Of a stretch of DNA of 64,000 bases, positions 39,360-49,121 are shown in pieces. Numbering within the stretch: position 1 is the first letter of the stretch; each line of letters starts with the position of its first letter. The DNA lies in sequence record NZ_CP013482.1, one strand, 5' to 3'. The translations under genes and the position numbers were made by a program. A model generated the notes under the pieces. It searched no databases. It was not told where the DNA came from and saw only the letters and a list, made by a program, of their open reading frames with translations. The stretch is from a plasmid.

Positions 39360-39360
39360 A
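39348..39360. promoter_or_regulatory. KorB operator OB overlapping the trbN stop and the trbP start region
   Basis: TTTAGCCGCTAAA. Confidence 0.75.
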
Positions 39361-39363
39361 GCG

Positions 39364-40098
39364 ATGAAGAACTTGACCCAACTCACCGAGCTTCAACCTG
39401 CCAAAGTCGGCACCACACTGCCCCGTCTTCACCTCAATGACGGCGTGTTGGAATGCTGTAAGTGGTTGGCCCTGCTTTTGATGACCGGGGACCACATCAA
39501 CAAGTATTTGATGGGCGACTCCTCTCCGGTCCTATTCAACGCCGGCCGAGCGGCAATGCCGATATTCGTTTTTGTATTGGCATACAACTTGGCACGCCCC
39601 GGCGCATTCGAGCACGGGACGTATCACCGAGCTATTCAGCGACTGGTGATTTCGGGTCTCGTTGCCACACCGGCTTTCATGGCGTTGGGTGGACTGCTGT
39701 CTGGGTGGTGGCCGCTGAACATCATGTTCACGTTGCTCACACTGACGTGCGTTCTGTATCTGTATGAGTCCGGCGGATCCGTCAACAAATTTACCGCAGC
39801 GGCCATCTTTCTCGCTGCCGGTTCGTGCGTTGAATTCTGGTGGCCGGCAATATCTCTCGGCGCTTCTGTTTGGTTTTACTCCAGGCGACCGAGTGTCGCC
39901 GCATTGGCAGTCGGCACCATCTCCTGCGCAGCGCTCTACTTCGTCAACTCCAACTTCTGGGCGTTCGCGGCTTTCCCGCTGGTCGCCTGCGTGGCGCGTC
40001 TGAATTTTCGCGTCCCACGAACTCGCTGGATCTTCTACACGTACTACCCCGCGCATCTGATCTTGCTCCTGCTGGCCCAGCAGACGCTTTCCCGATAA
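39364..40098 (+). CDS. trbP: TrbP (TraX-family pilin acetylase-like membrane protein)
   Basis: Polytopic membrane protein at the end of the trb operon. Confidence 0.65.
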   Translation: MKNLTQLTELQPAKVGTTLPRLHLNDGVLECCKWLALLLMTGDHINKYLMGDSSPVLFNAGRAAMPIFVFVLAYNLARPGAFEHGTYHRAIQRLVISGLVATPAFMALGGLLSGWWPLNIMFTLLTLTCVLYLYESGGSVNKFTAAAIFLAAGSCVEFWWPAISLGASVWFYSRRPSVAALAVGTISCAALYFVNSNFWAFAAFPLVACVARLNFRVPRTRWIFYTYYPAHLILLLLAQQTLSR

Positions 40099-40203
40099 GA
40101 CCGCCCAAAGAATAACCACCACTCAACACGAGTGTCGCGGGTGATAAAGCGCATTTGTTTAGTTGTACTAATTACCTTCGGCATATATTACGAGGACGTT
40201 GAC

Positions 40204-43200
40204 ATGAAAATTCGCATTTCTCGCGATCTTTCAAGGAGAATCCGGGCCGGCTTCTGCGCCGGGTTGGTTCTCCTCTCCTCGCTGCAACCGTGCTTTGCTG
40301 CCGCCAATTTGGACGACGTGGTCAAGGCAAATGCCGCGTGGGTTCCGAAAGATCACATCAATCAGGCTGAGCTACAGGACAAAGAAAAGGACGCTGCCGA
40401 CAAGGAGCGTATCCAGGGCGAATGGAGTGCGCTGGACGTTTCTCTCGCCCGCGACCCGCTCGGCGCAGCAAAGCAACGAGCTACCGGCGCGGCGACCGAA
40501 GCCGCACAGCGGATGTTGAATCAATTCGGCTCTGCCAAGCTGTCCTTGGGTGCCGGAGACGGCTTTAAGAACGGCAGTCTGGATGTGCTGCTTCCGCTTC
40601 GAGACACCGACAGCAATCTCACCTTCACGCAGCTCGGCTTCCGCCGATCGAATGCGTTGTCCGACAGCTACCGTTCGACGTTGAACATCGGTGTTGGACA
40701 TCGACACTTCTTCAACGGTGGCAAATGGATGATCGGGGGGAATGCCTTCTTTGATCATGACATTTCCCGAGACCATCTTCGCGGTGGTCTCGGCCTTGAG
40801 GCATGGACTGATTACCTGCGTCTGTCCGCCAATGCCTACCTGCGCATGAGCGGGTGGCAAGACTCTCCGGATATTCGCGGCTATATGGAGCGTCCTGCGA
40901 ACGGCTGGGACGTTCGCGCCGAAGGATATTTGCCTGCATTCCCTCACCTTGGCGCACGCCTCTACTACGAACAGTATTACGGCCAGAAGGTCGGGCTGTT
41001 CGGTACTGGAAGTTTGCAGCGCAACCCCCATGCAATTACTGTCGGCCTCACTTATCAGCCAATCCCGCTGTTTTCATTGGATCTCGACTATCGCGCCGGC
41101 CAGGGTGGCGTGTCACAGACGACGGTTCGTGCGAACCTGACTTACAAAATTGGCGTTCCTCTCGATAAGCAATTGCGAGCCTCATCGGTTCGCGATTCAA
41201 AGCTCTTGAAAGGCAGTCGTTACGAGCTGGTCAACCGGAATAACGAGATCGTTCTGGAGTACCAAAAGAAGGAAGCTCGCCTGACAATCCCGACTCAAAT
41301 TAGCGGGTATCCGGGCACAAGCACGACGTTCGCGGTCAACTCGTACACAGCCCTTGGGTTCTCATCTTTTGCCTGGACTGGTACTGCTGCGTCGTTTGTT
41401 CAATCATATTCCGGCGGAACCGCTACGCTCGCGCTTCCTTCCTACAACCAGAGTGGAACCAATACGTACACTCTCCAAGCGGTTGCCACTGAGACGGATG
41501 GCGCTGTCGCACGATCCAACGTCATGACGGTGACTGTAAATCCGCTGTCGGTAAGTCTCGATCGGAGCAAACCTACCGCCTCCGCTGATGGGCGCGACTC
41601 TGTGACGTTTACCGCCACTGTGATCGGGACCAACTCTGAACCTCTTGCCGACCAGGCAGTTGATTGGAAAATTCCGGCCAGCGCTACCGTTGTTTCCTTA
41701 ATGGCGCGCACAAACAAGGCCGGGAAGGCTGACGCGATTGTCACGGCGAAGTCTGCCGCCGTGATTCACGTCACTGCGACCTCAACGTTGTCCGGCGAGA
41801 CGGCATCCAATTCCGCAGCGTTCATAGGCGATCCTACGACGGCTGGCGTTGCTACGCTTGTGGCTCAACCTACCGCGATCGCCGCTAACGGCACGAGCAA
41901 ATCGATATTGACGGCGACATTGAAGGACGCCAAGGGCATCACGCTTGGATATGGCGTTCCGGTCAAGTGGGCGACGACCCTTGGCACATTGTCCGCCGAC
42001 ACGAGTGTCACCGATTCCAACGGCCAGGCCGTCGTTACACTGACCTCGGCTACGACGGCGGGCACGGCCACGGTGACGGCTTCCGCTATCGCTGGCAATA
42101 AAACGGCTGACGTTGCATTTACGCCGGATGTGGCAACAGCAAATGTTGCCTCGCTCACGGCTGCGCCGGCAGCGATCCCCGCCAATGGCGCCAGTAAATC
42201 GACGCTGACGGCGACTATCAAGGACGCGAACGGAAACACGGTGGGCGCCGGTATTCCTGTCAAGTGGCAAACAACCGCCGGCACGCTTTCGGCTGCGAAC
42301 TCGCAGACCGATACGTCAGGCGTTGCAATCGTAACGCTTACCTCCGCGACCGCCGCAGGGATTGCGAACGTGACCGCCACGACCACGGCGGGCAACAAGA
42401 CCGCACCTGTTGCGTTTGTGCCGGACACTGCCACGGCTGGCGTGGTGTCGCTCGTGGCGAATCCGACCAGCATTGCGGCCAACGGCAGCAGCACGTCCGC
42501 ACTGACGGCCACGGTCAAAGACGCGAGCGGCAACACCGTAGGTGCTGGGGTCACGGTGAACTGGTCGACCTCGGCCGGTAGCCTGACGGGCACGTCGAGC
42601 GTGACCGACGCCAGCGGCATCGCCACGATGACCCTTAAGTCAGCAACGACGGTCGGCGTCGCTACGGTATCGGCAACGGCCGTCGCAGGCAGCAAGACGG
42701 CCAACGTGACCTTTGTGCCGGACACGGCTACGGCTGGTGTGGTGTCGCTCGTGGCGAATCCGACTAGCATCGCAGCCAACGGCAGCAGCACATCCACGCT
42801 GACGGCCACCGTCAAGGATGCTTACGGCAATGCGGTGGGTGCTGGCGTCACCGTGAACTGGTCGACCTCGGCCGGTAGCCTGACGGGCACATCGAGCGTG
42901 ACCGACGCCAGCGGTATCGCCATGATGACGCTCAAGTCGGCAACGACGGCGGGCACAGCCACGGTAACGGCAGCGGCAGTCGCCGGCAGCAAGACGGCCA
43001 ACGTGACCTTTGTGCCGGACATGACTACTGCGGCCGTGGTGTCGCTCGCGGCGAATCCGACCAGTATTGCGGCCAACGGCAGCAGCACTTCCGCTCTGAC
43101 GGCCACGGTCAAGGATGGCAACGGTAACGCAATGGGTGCCGGCGTCACCGTGAATTGGACGACCACGGCGGGTAGCCTGGCGGGCACGTCGAGCGTGACC

Positions 43201-44865
43201 GACGCCAGCGGCATCGCCACGATGACGCTCAAGTCGGCAACGACGGTCGGCGTCGCCACGGTAACAGCAGCGGCCGTCGCCGGCAGCAAGACGGCCAACG
43301 TGACCTTTGTGCCGGACACAGCCACGGCGGGCGTCGTTTCGCTCATGGCGAATCCGATCAGCATCACGGCCAACGGCAGCAGCACGTCCGCACTGACGGC
43401 TTCGGTGAAGGATGCGAGCGGCAACACCGTGGGTGCTGGTGTCACCGTGAACTGGTCGACCACGGCCGGTAGCCTGACAGGTACGTCGAGCGTGACCGAC
43501 GCCAGCGGCATTGCCACGATGACGCTCAAGTCGGCTACGACGGCGGGCACGGCCACGGTAACGGCTGCGGCCGTCGCCGGTAGCAAGACGGCCAGCGTGG
43601 CGTTTGTGCCGGATACGGCCACGGCGGGCGTGGTGTCGCTGGTGGCGAATCCGACGAGCATTGCGGCCAACGGCAGCAGCACGTCGACGCTGACCGCCAC
43701 TGTCAAGGACGCCAACGGTAACGCCTTGGGGGCCGGTATCGCTGTGAACTGGTCGACCACGGCGGGGAGCCTGACGGGAACGTCGAGCGTGACGAACGCT
43801 AGCGGCGTTGCGACGATGACGCTCACATCGCCCACGACGGTCGGTGTCGCCACGGTAACGGCTGCGGCGGTCGCCGGTAGCAAGACGGCCAGCGTGACGT
43901 TTGTTGGCGATCCGGCAACGGCCCGCGTGGTCAGCCTGACGCCGCCGACTGCCACTGCATATGTTGGCGGGATTGCGACCACGTACACGGCCACGGTGAA
44001 GGACGCCAACGGCTTCACGGTTGGGGCCGGTGTCTCGGTCACATGGTCTGTGAGTGCCGGAACGCCGAGCGCCACCAGCACCGTGACTAATTCATCCGGT
44101 CAGGCGTCGATCAACGTTGTATCACCGAACGTGGTCGGTAGCGGGACGATCACGGCCAGTGCCGTCGCTGGTTCAGCGAATGCGACGATCAACTACGTTG
44201 CCAACATGAACACCCTGCGCGTTGTTTCTTTGTCGCCCAACATGAACAATGTCCCGGCAAATGGAAGCTCAACGGTGATGTTGCTTTCGTCTGTGCGCGA
44301 CGCATGGGGCAACAATCCGGGCGCGGGAGTCACGGTCAACTGGTCGGACTCGTTGGGGCGCTTGTCGGCGGGAGCTACGGCCACTGACGGGAACGGAACG
44401 GCGGTGAACTACCTGACGGCCCCCGGAGCGGCGGGCACCTCGTCCGTGAACGCGAGGATCGCGGCTACTGGTGACGGCGGTGTAGGCACAGCCGTTACGT
44501 GGGTGAGTACCTTTAGCGCTGCGAACGTCAGTGTGTCAACGTCGCCGGATATGCAGCCGAACGCGAACGGCATCCTGTACGTGAGCGGCTTCATCACTAC
44601 GGCAACGCAGTCCTCTAGCGGGACGGTGTACATCACCGGCATCACCTACAACAACAGCTATGGCTCACAAAGTGCGTACATGGAAATCAACGGCGGCACC
44701 TATTGGGCCAACGCATCCGGCCTCTCGATTCCTTGGGGGTCGGGTGGGTCACTGGTGATACAACAGCACGAGGGCACGGGCATGGTTCCGGCCGTCTTCC
44801 AGTCGGTCACGTTGTCGCTTAGCACGGGACAAACGGTCACGCTTAATAGCGGGTCGGCACAGTGA
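40204..44865 (+). CDS. Giant inverse autotransporter adhesin (intimin/invasin family): signal peptide, beta-barrel translocator, ~9 Big_1 Ig-like repeats, C-terminal domain
   Basis: N-terminal barrel region; ~100-aa repeats VVSLVANPTSIAANGSSTS..TATVKDA..G..VNWSTTAGSL; ORF begins at 40132. Confidence 0.8.
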   Translation: MKIRISRDLSRRIRAGFCAGLVLLSSLQPCFAAANLDDVVKANAAWVPKDHINQAELQDKEKDAADKERIQGEWSALDVSLARDPLGAAKQRATGAATEAAQRMLNQFGSAKLSLGAGDGFKNGSLDVLLPLRDTDSNLTFTQLGFRRSNALSDSYRSTLNIGVGHRHFFNGGKWMIGGNAFFDHDISRDHLRGGLGLEAWTDYLRLSANAYLRMSGWQDSPDIRGYMERPANGWDVRAEGYLPAFPHLGARLYYEQYYGQKVGLFGTGSLQRNPHAITVGLTYQPIPLFSLDLDYRAGQGGVSQTTVRANLTYKIGVPLDKQLRASSVRDSKLLKGSRYELVNRNNEIVLEYQKKEARLTIPTQISGYPGTSTTFAVNSYTALGFSSFAWTGTAASFVQSYSGGTATLALPSYNQSGTNTYTLQAVATETDGAVARSNVMTVTVNPLSVSLDRSKPTASADGRDSVTFTATVIGTNSEPLADQAVDWKIPASATVVSLMARTNKAGKADAIVTAKSAAVIHVTATSTLSGETASNSAAFIGDPTTAGVATLVAQPTAIAANGTSKSILTATLKDAKGITLGYGVPVKWATTLGTLSADTSVTDSNGQAVVTLTSATTAGTATVTASAIAGNKTADVAFTPDVATANVASLTAAPAAIPANGASKSTLTATIKDANGNTVGAGIPVKWQTTAGTLSAANSQTDTSGVAIVTLTSATAAGIANVTATTTAGNKTAPVAFVPDTATAGVVSLVANPTSIAANGSSTSALTATVKDASGNTVGAGVTVNWSTSAGSLTGTSSVTDASGIATMTLKSATTVGVATVSATAVAGSKTANVTFVPDTATAGVVSLVANPTSIAANGSSTSTLTATVKDAYGNAVGAGVTVNWSTSAGSLTGTSSVTDASGIAMMTLKSATTAGTATVTAAAVAGSKTANVTFVPDMTTAAVVSLAANPTSIAANGSSTSALTATVKDGNGNAMGAGVTVNWTTTAGSLAGTSSVTDASGIATMTLKSATTVGVATVTAAAVAGSKTANVTFVPDTATAGVVSLMANPISITANGSSTSALTASVKDASGNTVGAGVTVNWSTTAGSLTGTSSVTDASGIATMTLKSATTAGTATVTAAAVAGSKTASVAFVPDTATAGVVSLVANPTSIAANGSSTSTLTATVKDANGNALGAGIAVNWSTTAGSLTGTSSVTNASGVATMTLTSPTTVGVATVTAAAVAGSKTASVTFVGDPATARVVSLTPPTATAYVGGIATTYTATVKDANGFTVGAGVSVTWSVSAGTPSATSTVTNSSGQASINVVSPNVVGSGTITASAVAGSANATINYVANMNTLRVVSLSPNMNNVPANGSSTVMLLSSVRDAWGNNPGAGVTVNWSDSLGRLSAGATATDGNGTAVNYLTAPGAAGTSSVNARIAATGDGGVGTAVTWVSTFSAANVSVSTSPDMQPNANGILYVSGFITTATQSSSGTVYITGITYNNSYGSQSAYMEINGGTYWANASGLSIPWGSGGSLVIQQHEGTGMVPAVFQSVTLSLSTGQTVTLNSGSAQ
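41830..44220. repeat. Tandem ~300-bp DNA repeats (Big_1 modules); five central copies (42421..43920) are near-identical
   Basis: Direct repetition of gtgccggacacggc(c/t)acggc(t/g)gg(c/t)gtggtgtcgctcgtggcgaatccgac. Confidence 0.9.
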
Positions 44866-44889
44866 TCTAGGCCCAGCAGATTCCCCTTT

Positions 44890-44922
44890 GAGGCGGGTGG
44901 AGAAATCCACTCGCTTTTTTTT
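44890..44922 (+). terminator. Intrinsic terminator after the adhesin gene
   Basis: gcgggtgga gaaa tccactcgc hairpin followed by T9. Confidence 0.6.
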
Positions 44923-45028
44923 ATTTATTTGTTGTATTCAACAGATAAATAAAATACACTTGATTCCAAGGTCGCGAACAGAGGTCGTGACGACAATCGA
45001 AGTCAAATTTACCGAGAGGAACAACACC

Positions 45029-45790
45029 ATGATTTTCCCTGTTATCGTTTTGGCACTTGGCTTGAACGGCGTCGTCCAAGGCAACATCAACGACCACGGG
45101 ACGCACGAGAAAGAAATTGAGGCCACTCAGATCCGCGAGCTTCGCGACGCTCGCGCTGCGAATCAGTGGTGCCGTGACAATGACCGCAGCCGCCAGAGTA
45201 ACGGCAACTACATCAATTGCGAGCCTTACGAGGAACTTTACCTGACGCGTTTGAATGATCGTCGCGAAACGTTGATCGCCCAAATCGCGGAAAAGCGGGG
45301 TGCGGCTGTGGCATTGAAGGCTGCGACGCCGAGTGCCGACGAGGCGGCGGTGGCCGATATCGGTTTCTTCGGAAAATTGGGCAACTATATGGGTACACCG
45401 GTGACTACCGCGATGGTTGCATACCAAAATCAGAACGAGTGCCTAGAAGATGTGCGCGATGGTGACGGCGACGATTGCTCGGTTCTTGCGGCACGGCTAA
45501 AAGTCGCGGTGCGGGGGGCTCAGGAATATCGCGAAAAGCTGATTGCGGAAGGCCCGGGCTTCCTGCGTGACCCAAGCCACCGACTCATCATCACAATGGA
45601 AAGTGATGAACTAAAAGCCGCCGCTGCGGCGATCACGGCGAAGGTGAACGCCGAGCAGTCGTTGGCCGATTGCGGGGCCGGGCTGGCGATCGGCCGTCGC
45701 TCGGACTGCACCACGCAAAGCGTCATCTATCACTCGGCAGTCGATAGCCTCGACCGTGCGTCAACGGCAAAGCCGGCCACCTCGGAATGA
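45029..45790 (+). CDS. Secreted hypothetical protein (signal peptide MIFPVIVLALGLNGVVQG)
   Basis: GAGAGGA RBS; AT-rich upstream region; Cys-containing. Confidence 0.55.
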   Translation: MIFPVIVLALGLNGVVQGNINDHGTHEKEIEATQIRELRDARAANQWCRDNDRSRQSNGNYINCEPYEELYLTRLNDRRETLIAQIAEKRGAAVALKAATPSADEAAVADIGFFGKLGNYMGTPVTTAMVAYQNQNECLEDVRDGDGDDCSVLAARLKVAVRGAQEYREKLIAEGPGFLRDPSHRLIITMESDELKAAAAAITAKVNAEQSLADCGAGLAIGRRSDCTTQSVIYHSAVDSLDRASTAKPATSE

Positions 45791-45875
45791 TGGGTCGGAA
45801 AGACGGGGAGCAATCCCCGTCTCTTCCTCTTCGAGCCTTACAATGGCGTCATTTAGACGCGAGGGCTTTTCCAGC

Positions 45876-46121
45876 ATGACTGAACCAAAGCGAGGGCGTG
45901 GGCGACCGATTGGAACGACGAAACCGGATGCGAAGTCATCCAGCGAGCGTGTAAAGGAATGGGAAAAAAACTTGGTCGACTCGGGCGGGAGAATCATTCG
46001 CCAGATTCGGCTCACGCCAGAGGCAAACGCCGCTCTAAAGACGTTTGAGGACGAGTACAAAACGCCGCAAGAGGCAATCTATGCCGCTATCCTCGAAAAG
46101 GGTCAGCGGCACCGCCGATAG
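45876..46121 (+). CDS. Small AT-hook (KRGRGRP) plus RHH-like DNA-binding protein
   Basis: Paralog-like to 60303..60593. Confidence 0.45.
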   Translation: MTEPKRGRGRPIGTTKPDAKSSSERVKEWEKNLVDSGGRIIRQIRLTPEANAALKTFEDEYKTPQEAIYAAILEKGQRHRR

Positions 46122-46143
46122 GCATTTACGTCGACGTTGCACA

Positions 46144-46800
46144 CTACTGATCGTCACCCGCGCGCCTCCAACTCGTGCCGTCGATCCACCAGCCGCGCAC
46201 CTCAAGCGCGGCAACAAACTCCCCGCGAAGTCCGACAAGCCTGCTCGAGTCGACCGCTTTCCATCCATATGCTCGCGCTTGTTCCACTCCAATAAGCTCG
46301 CATACGGCCCTCTTGGCCAACTCCCGCGCAACCTGCTTTGACTGCCCAATACGTTCTGCCGTATCTGTCAGGCTTGTGCCGTGCAGCAGCGAAAGGAACA
46401 CTGGGATCGCACATCGAGCATGGACCACTTCAACATCGAGCGTGCCAATTTCGGCGGCTGCAAGTTGACGCGCCACGTCGTCCAGTACCGGGGCCGGCAC
46501 GGCCAAAGCAGGTTTTATCTGACGGCGCTGGCCTGCACGCAACATGGTGATTGCTGGCGCAAGTATGCCAGCGTGCGCGCGTATGACAGGGGCTGTAGGA
46601 AGGCCCGTGTATGGCTTGAGCGCAGCGGGCCGCTCATGGGGCTCTATACGCGCCCAGACCGCGCGTAACACCTCCCATGTCACCTGACGAACCTTTCCAA
46701 CTGGAACGCCAAGCCGACTTGCGGCTGCGGTGTAGTCCTCGCCGGAAAGGATCGACTCAAACAGGTCAATTTCCCTCTGGTGGCGTGAATTCGATTTCAT
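46144..46800 (-). CDS. Hypothetical HTH regulator
   Basis: 218 aa; C-terminal TDTAERIGQSKQVARELAKRA helix-turn-helix. Confidence 0.5.
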   Translation of the reverse strand: MKSNSRHQREIDLFESILSGEDYTAAASRLGVPVGKVRQVTWEVLRAVWARIEPHERPAALKPYTGLPTAPVIRAHAGILAPAITMLRAGQRRQIKPALAVPAPVLDDVARQLAAAEIGTLDVEVVHARCAIPVFLSLLHGTSLTDTAERIGQSKQVARELAKRAVCELIGVEQARAYGWKAVDSSRLVGLRGEFVAALEVRGWWIDGTSWRRAGDDQ

Positions 46801-46904
46801 TCGGGGTTGGTCGACAAGTGAATTGCGGCGTCAGTCTACGCGATTTCTGACCGCAAACGGCGTCCTTGACGCTTGCCACAGGCGCCCATACACTGCCGCC
46901 ACTT

Positions 46905-47080
46905 TGGTGCCCGCTGCCGCCCCTGTGCCGGCAGTAGTTAAACGGGAATCAGGCGGCTCCCCCTCTCCGGGCGGTGGCTAACCTGAGCTGCCCCCGCAAC
47001 GGTAAGCGTCTACTCGATACGTTGCCCCTCACACCACTGCGCGCAAGCGTGGGAAGGTGGGGCCGCGTGAGCGCCAGCCC
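46905..47080 (+). ncRNA. Cobalamin (AdoCbl) riboswitch in the btuB leader
   Basis: GGTGCC.., AAACGGGAA, CCCGCAACGGTAAG, B12-box-like ACCACTG..GGGAAGGTG; upstream promoter TTGACG/TACACT near 46869..46899. Confidence 0.6.
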
Positions 47081-47202
47081 GGATACCGGCCAGAGAGGGG
47101 AGTTGCGCCGAATTTTTCGCCAAAGACGAGTTTGACGCGCACTCGCATAGCGCCACGGCCTGCGGGGAGCGGGCCGGGTGAAATCGCACCGGAACTCTAA
47201 CA

Positions 47203-49056
47203 ATGCAAACGAAACTCGCGGCCGGCGCTGCCGCGCTCGCGCTCATTTCCTCGCCGCACGTTGCAACAGCCCAAACCGCCGACGACACAGGCAGCGCGGT
47301 ACTGCCCAAAACCGTTGTCACCGCCGACAGGGCACCCCAACGCCTTCAGGACGCTATCCCACAGACCACGCTTATCGACAGCCAGGCGATCACGGATTCC
47401 GCCGCCAACGACCTGCCCGGCCTGCTGCGCTTGGCACCGGGCGCTCAGGTCGTCAGCAACGGTGGGCCGGGGTCTACTTCAAGCCTATTCCTTCGCGGCT
47501 CGCAAGCCAGCCAGTCGCTCGTCCTTATTGACGGCGTGCGAGTCGATTCGGTAAGCGCCGGCTCAGCGCAGATTTCGCAAATCCCACTCGATCAAATCGA
47601 TCATATCGAAATCGTGAACGGCAACGTGTCTGCGCTGTACGGGTCAGGGGCGATTGGGGGCGTCGTTCAAATATTCACGAAGGACGGCGGCAATCATCCG
47701 CCTAAATTCTTCGCCTCGGCAGGGTACGGCAGCTATCACACACAGACGCAGAATGCCGGCGTAAGTGGTGCGCTCGATGCCGACGGTCGGACGACTTTTA
47801 GCGCGTCCCTGGCGCGGTACAAGACCGATGGTTTTTCATCCATCGACCCGGCCAAGCAACCAAGCGTAAACCCGAACGCCAACGGCTACCTCAACGAGAG
47901 TGGTAGCGCATCTATCAAACACCGATTCGTGAACGGTTGGGACGTGGGTGTCCGCTACTTTCAATCCAACGGCTACAACAGCTACGACAATGCTTACGGC
48001 CAACCTACCGACTTGAACTACGGTATTAGCAAGGTGCAGCAGGCATCCGTTTTCGCCAACGGAAACGTAACCGACTGGTGGAAAACGCACGTTACGATCG
48101 CAGCCGGCAACGACCGTAGTATCCAGAAAACGAACGGCCTCTATAACGGCCGGTTTGACACGGACAATAGGCAATACACATGGCAGAATGATTTCGCCAT
48201 CGCCAGCGGCCAGAAGATCCTCGCGGGCTATGAACACCTCGACCAGAGCTTTGATTCTAGTGCCTATGCCGCCCCCTCCCGTCGCGTCGACTCAGGCTTT
48301 ATCGGCTACAACGGGCGCTTTGGTGCTCATCAGTTTCAAGCTAACCTGCGGCGCGACCAGTACTCCGATTTCGGCGGTGCAAGCAGCTATTACCTCGGGT
48401 ACGGCTACGACATAACTGATAGCTGGAAGGTTCTTGCGAGCTATTCGGACGCCTTCCGCGCGCCGACCTTCAACGACCTGTACTACCCCTACGGCGGCAA
48501 CACCAACATTCGCCCAGAGACAAGTCACTCCGTCGAAGCTGGAGTGCAGTACGCCACCGACGCGCTTGGCGTGATGCGTTTGACAGTGTTCCAAACTCGC
48601 TACTCGAATCTCATTCAGTATGCGTCAGACCTTGCGGGCAACTACACGGCACAGAATGTGGGCACGGCCAAGGTGCAGGGCCTGGAAGGCTCTTGGAGTG
48701 GGCAGGTTTACAAGACCGACGTGCGCGCTTCTTTCACTTTCCAAAATCCTGTGAACGAGGACACGCATACCGATCTGAGCCGCCGCGCACGGCACTTCGC
48801 GTCGTTCGCTGTCAACCGGAACATTGAGAGTGTGCGCGTGGGCGCTGAATGGATTCTGAGCGGTGCGCGGCTCGATGGCACCAAGCACCTCGGCGGATAC
48901 GGCCTAGTGAACCTGTCGGCCCGCTACAACATCACAAAGGCGTGGTACGTCGCCCTGCAAGTGCAGAATCTGCTGAACAAGGATTACGAGCTTGCCTACT
49001 CGTATGAAACGCCCAAACGCAGCGCTTTCATCACTCTCGGCTGGCAGCAATTCTGA
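47203..49056 (+). CDS. btuB: TonB-dependent outer-membrane cobalamin receptor BtuB-like
   Basis: Signal peptide, TonB box region, plug and barrel, C-terminal aromatic residue (..GWQQF). Confidence 0.8.
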   Translation: MQTKLAAGAAALALISSPHVATAQTADDTGSAVLPKTVVTADRAPQRLQDAIPQTTLIDSQAITDSAANDLPGLLRLAPGAQVVSNGGPGSTSSLFLRGSQASQSLVLIDGVRVDSVSAGSAQISQIPLDQIDHIEIVNGNVSALYGSGAIGGVVQIFTKDGGNHPPKFFASAGYGSYHTQTQNAGVSGALDADGRTTFSASLARYKTDGFSSIDPAKQPSVNPNANGYLNESGSASIKHRFVNGWDVGVRYFQSNGYNSYDNAYGQPTDLNYGISKVQQASVFANGNVTDWWKTHVTIAAGNDRSIQKTNGLYNGRFDTDNRQYTWQNDFAIASGQKILAGYEHLDQSFDSSAYAAPSRRVDSGFIGYNGRFGAHQFQANLRRDQYSDFGGASSYYLGYGYDITDSWKVLASYSDAFRAPTFNDLYYPYGGNTNIRPETSHSVEAGVQYATDALGVMRLTVFQTRYSNLIQYASDLAGNYTAQNVGTAKVQGLEGSWSGQVYKTDVRASFTFQNPVNEDTHTDLSRRARHFASFAVNRNIESVRVGAEWILSGARLDGTKHLGGYGLVNLSARYNITKAWYVALQVQNLLNKDYELAYSYETPKRSAFITLGWQQF

Positions 49057-49121
49057 CGTCCCGAGTGCATATCGCCAGCCCCAGCGGCTGGCGATCCTCC
49101 TGACGTAAATCAACAACGACG

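Noticed and set aside
41865-44081. Long minus-strand ORFs (316 aa and 419 aa) rich in Ala/Val/Thr
   Set aside because: Antisense to the adhesin Big_1 repeats; open only because the repetitive GC-rich codons lack stops.
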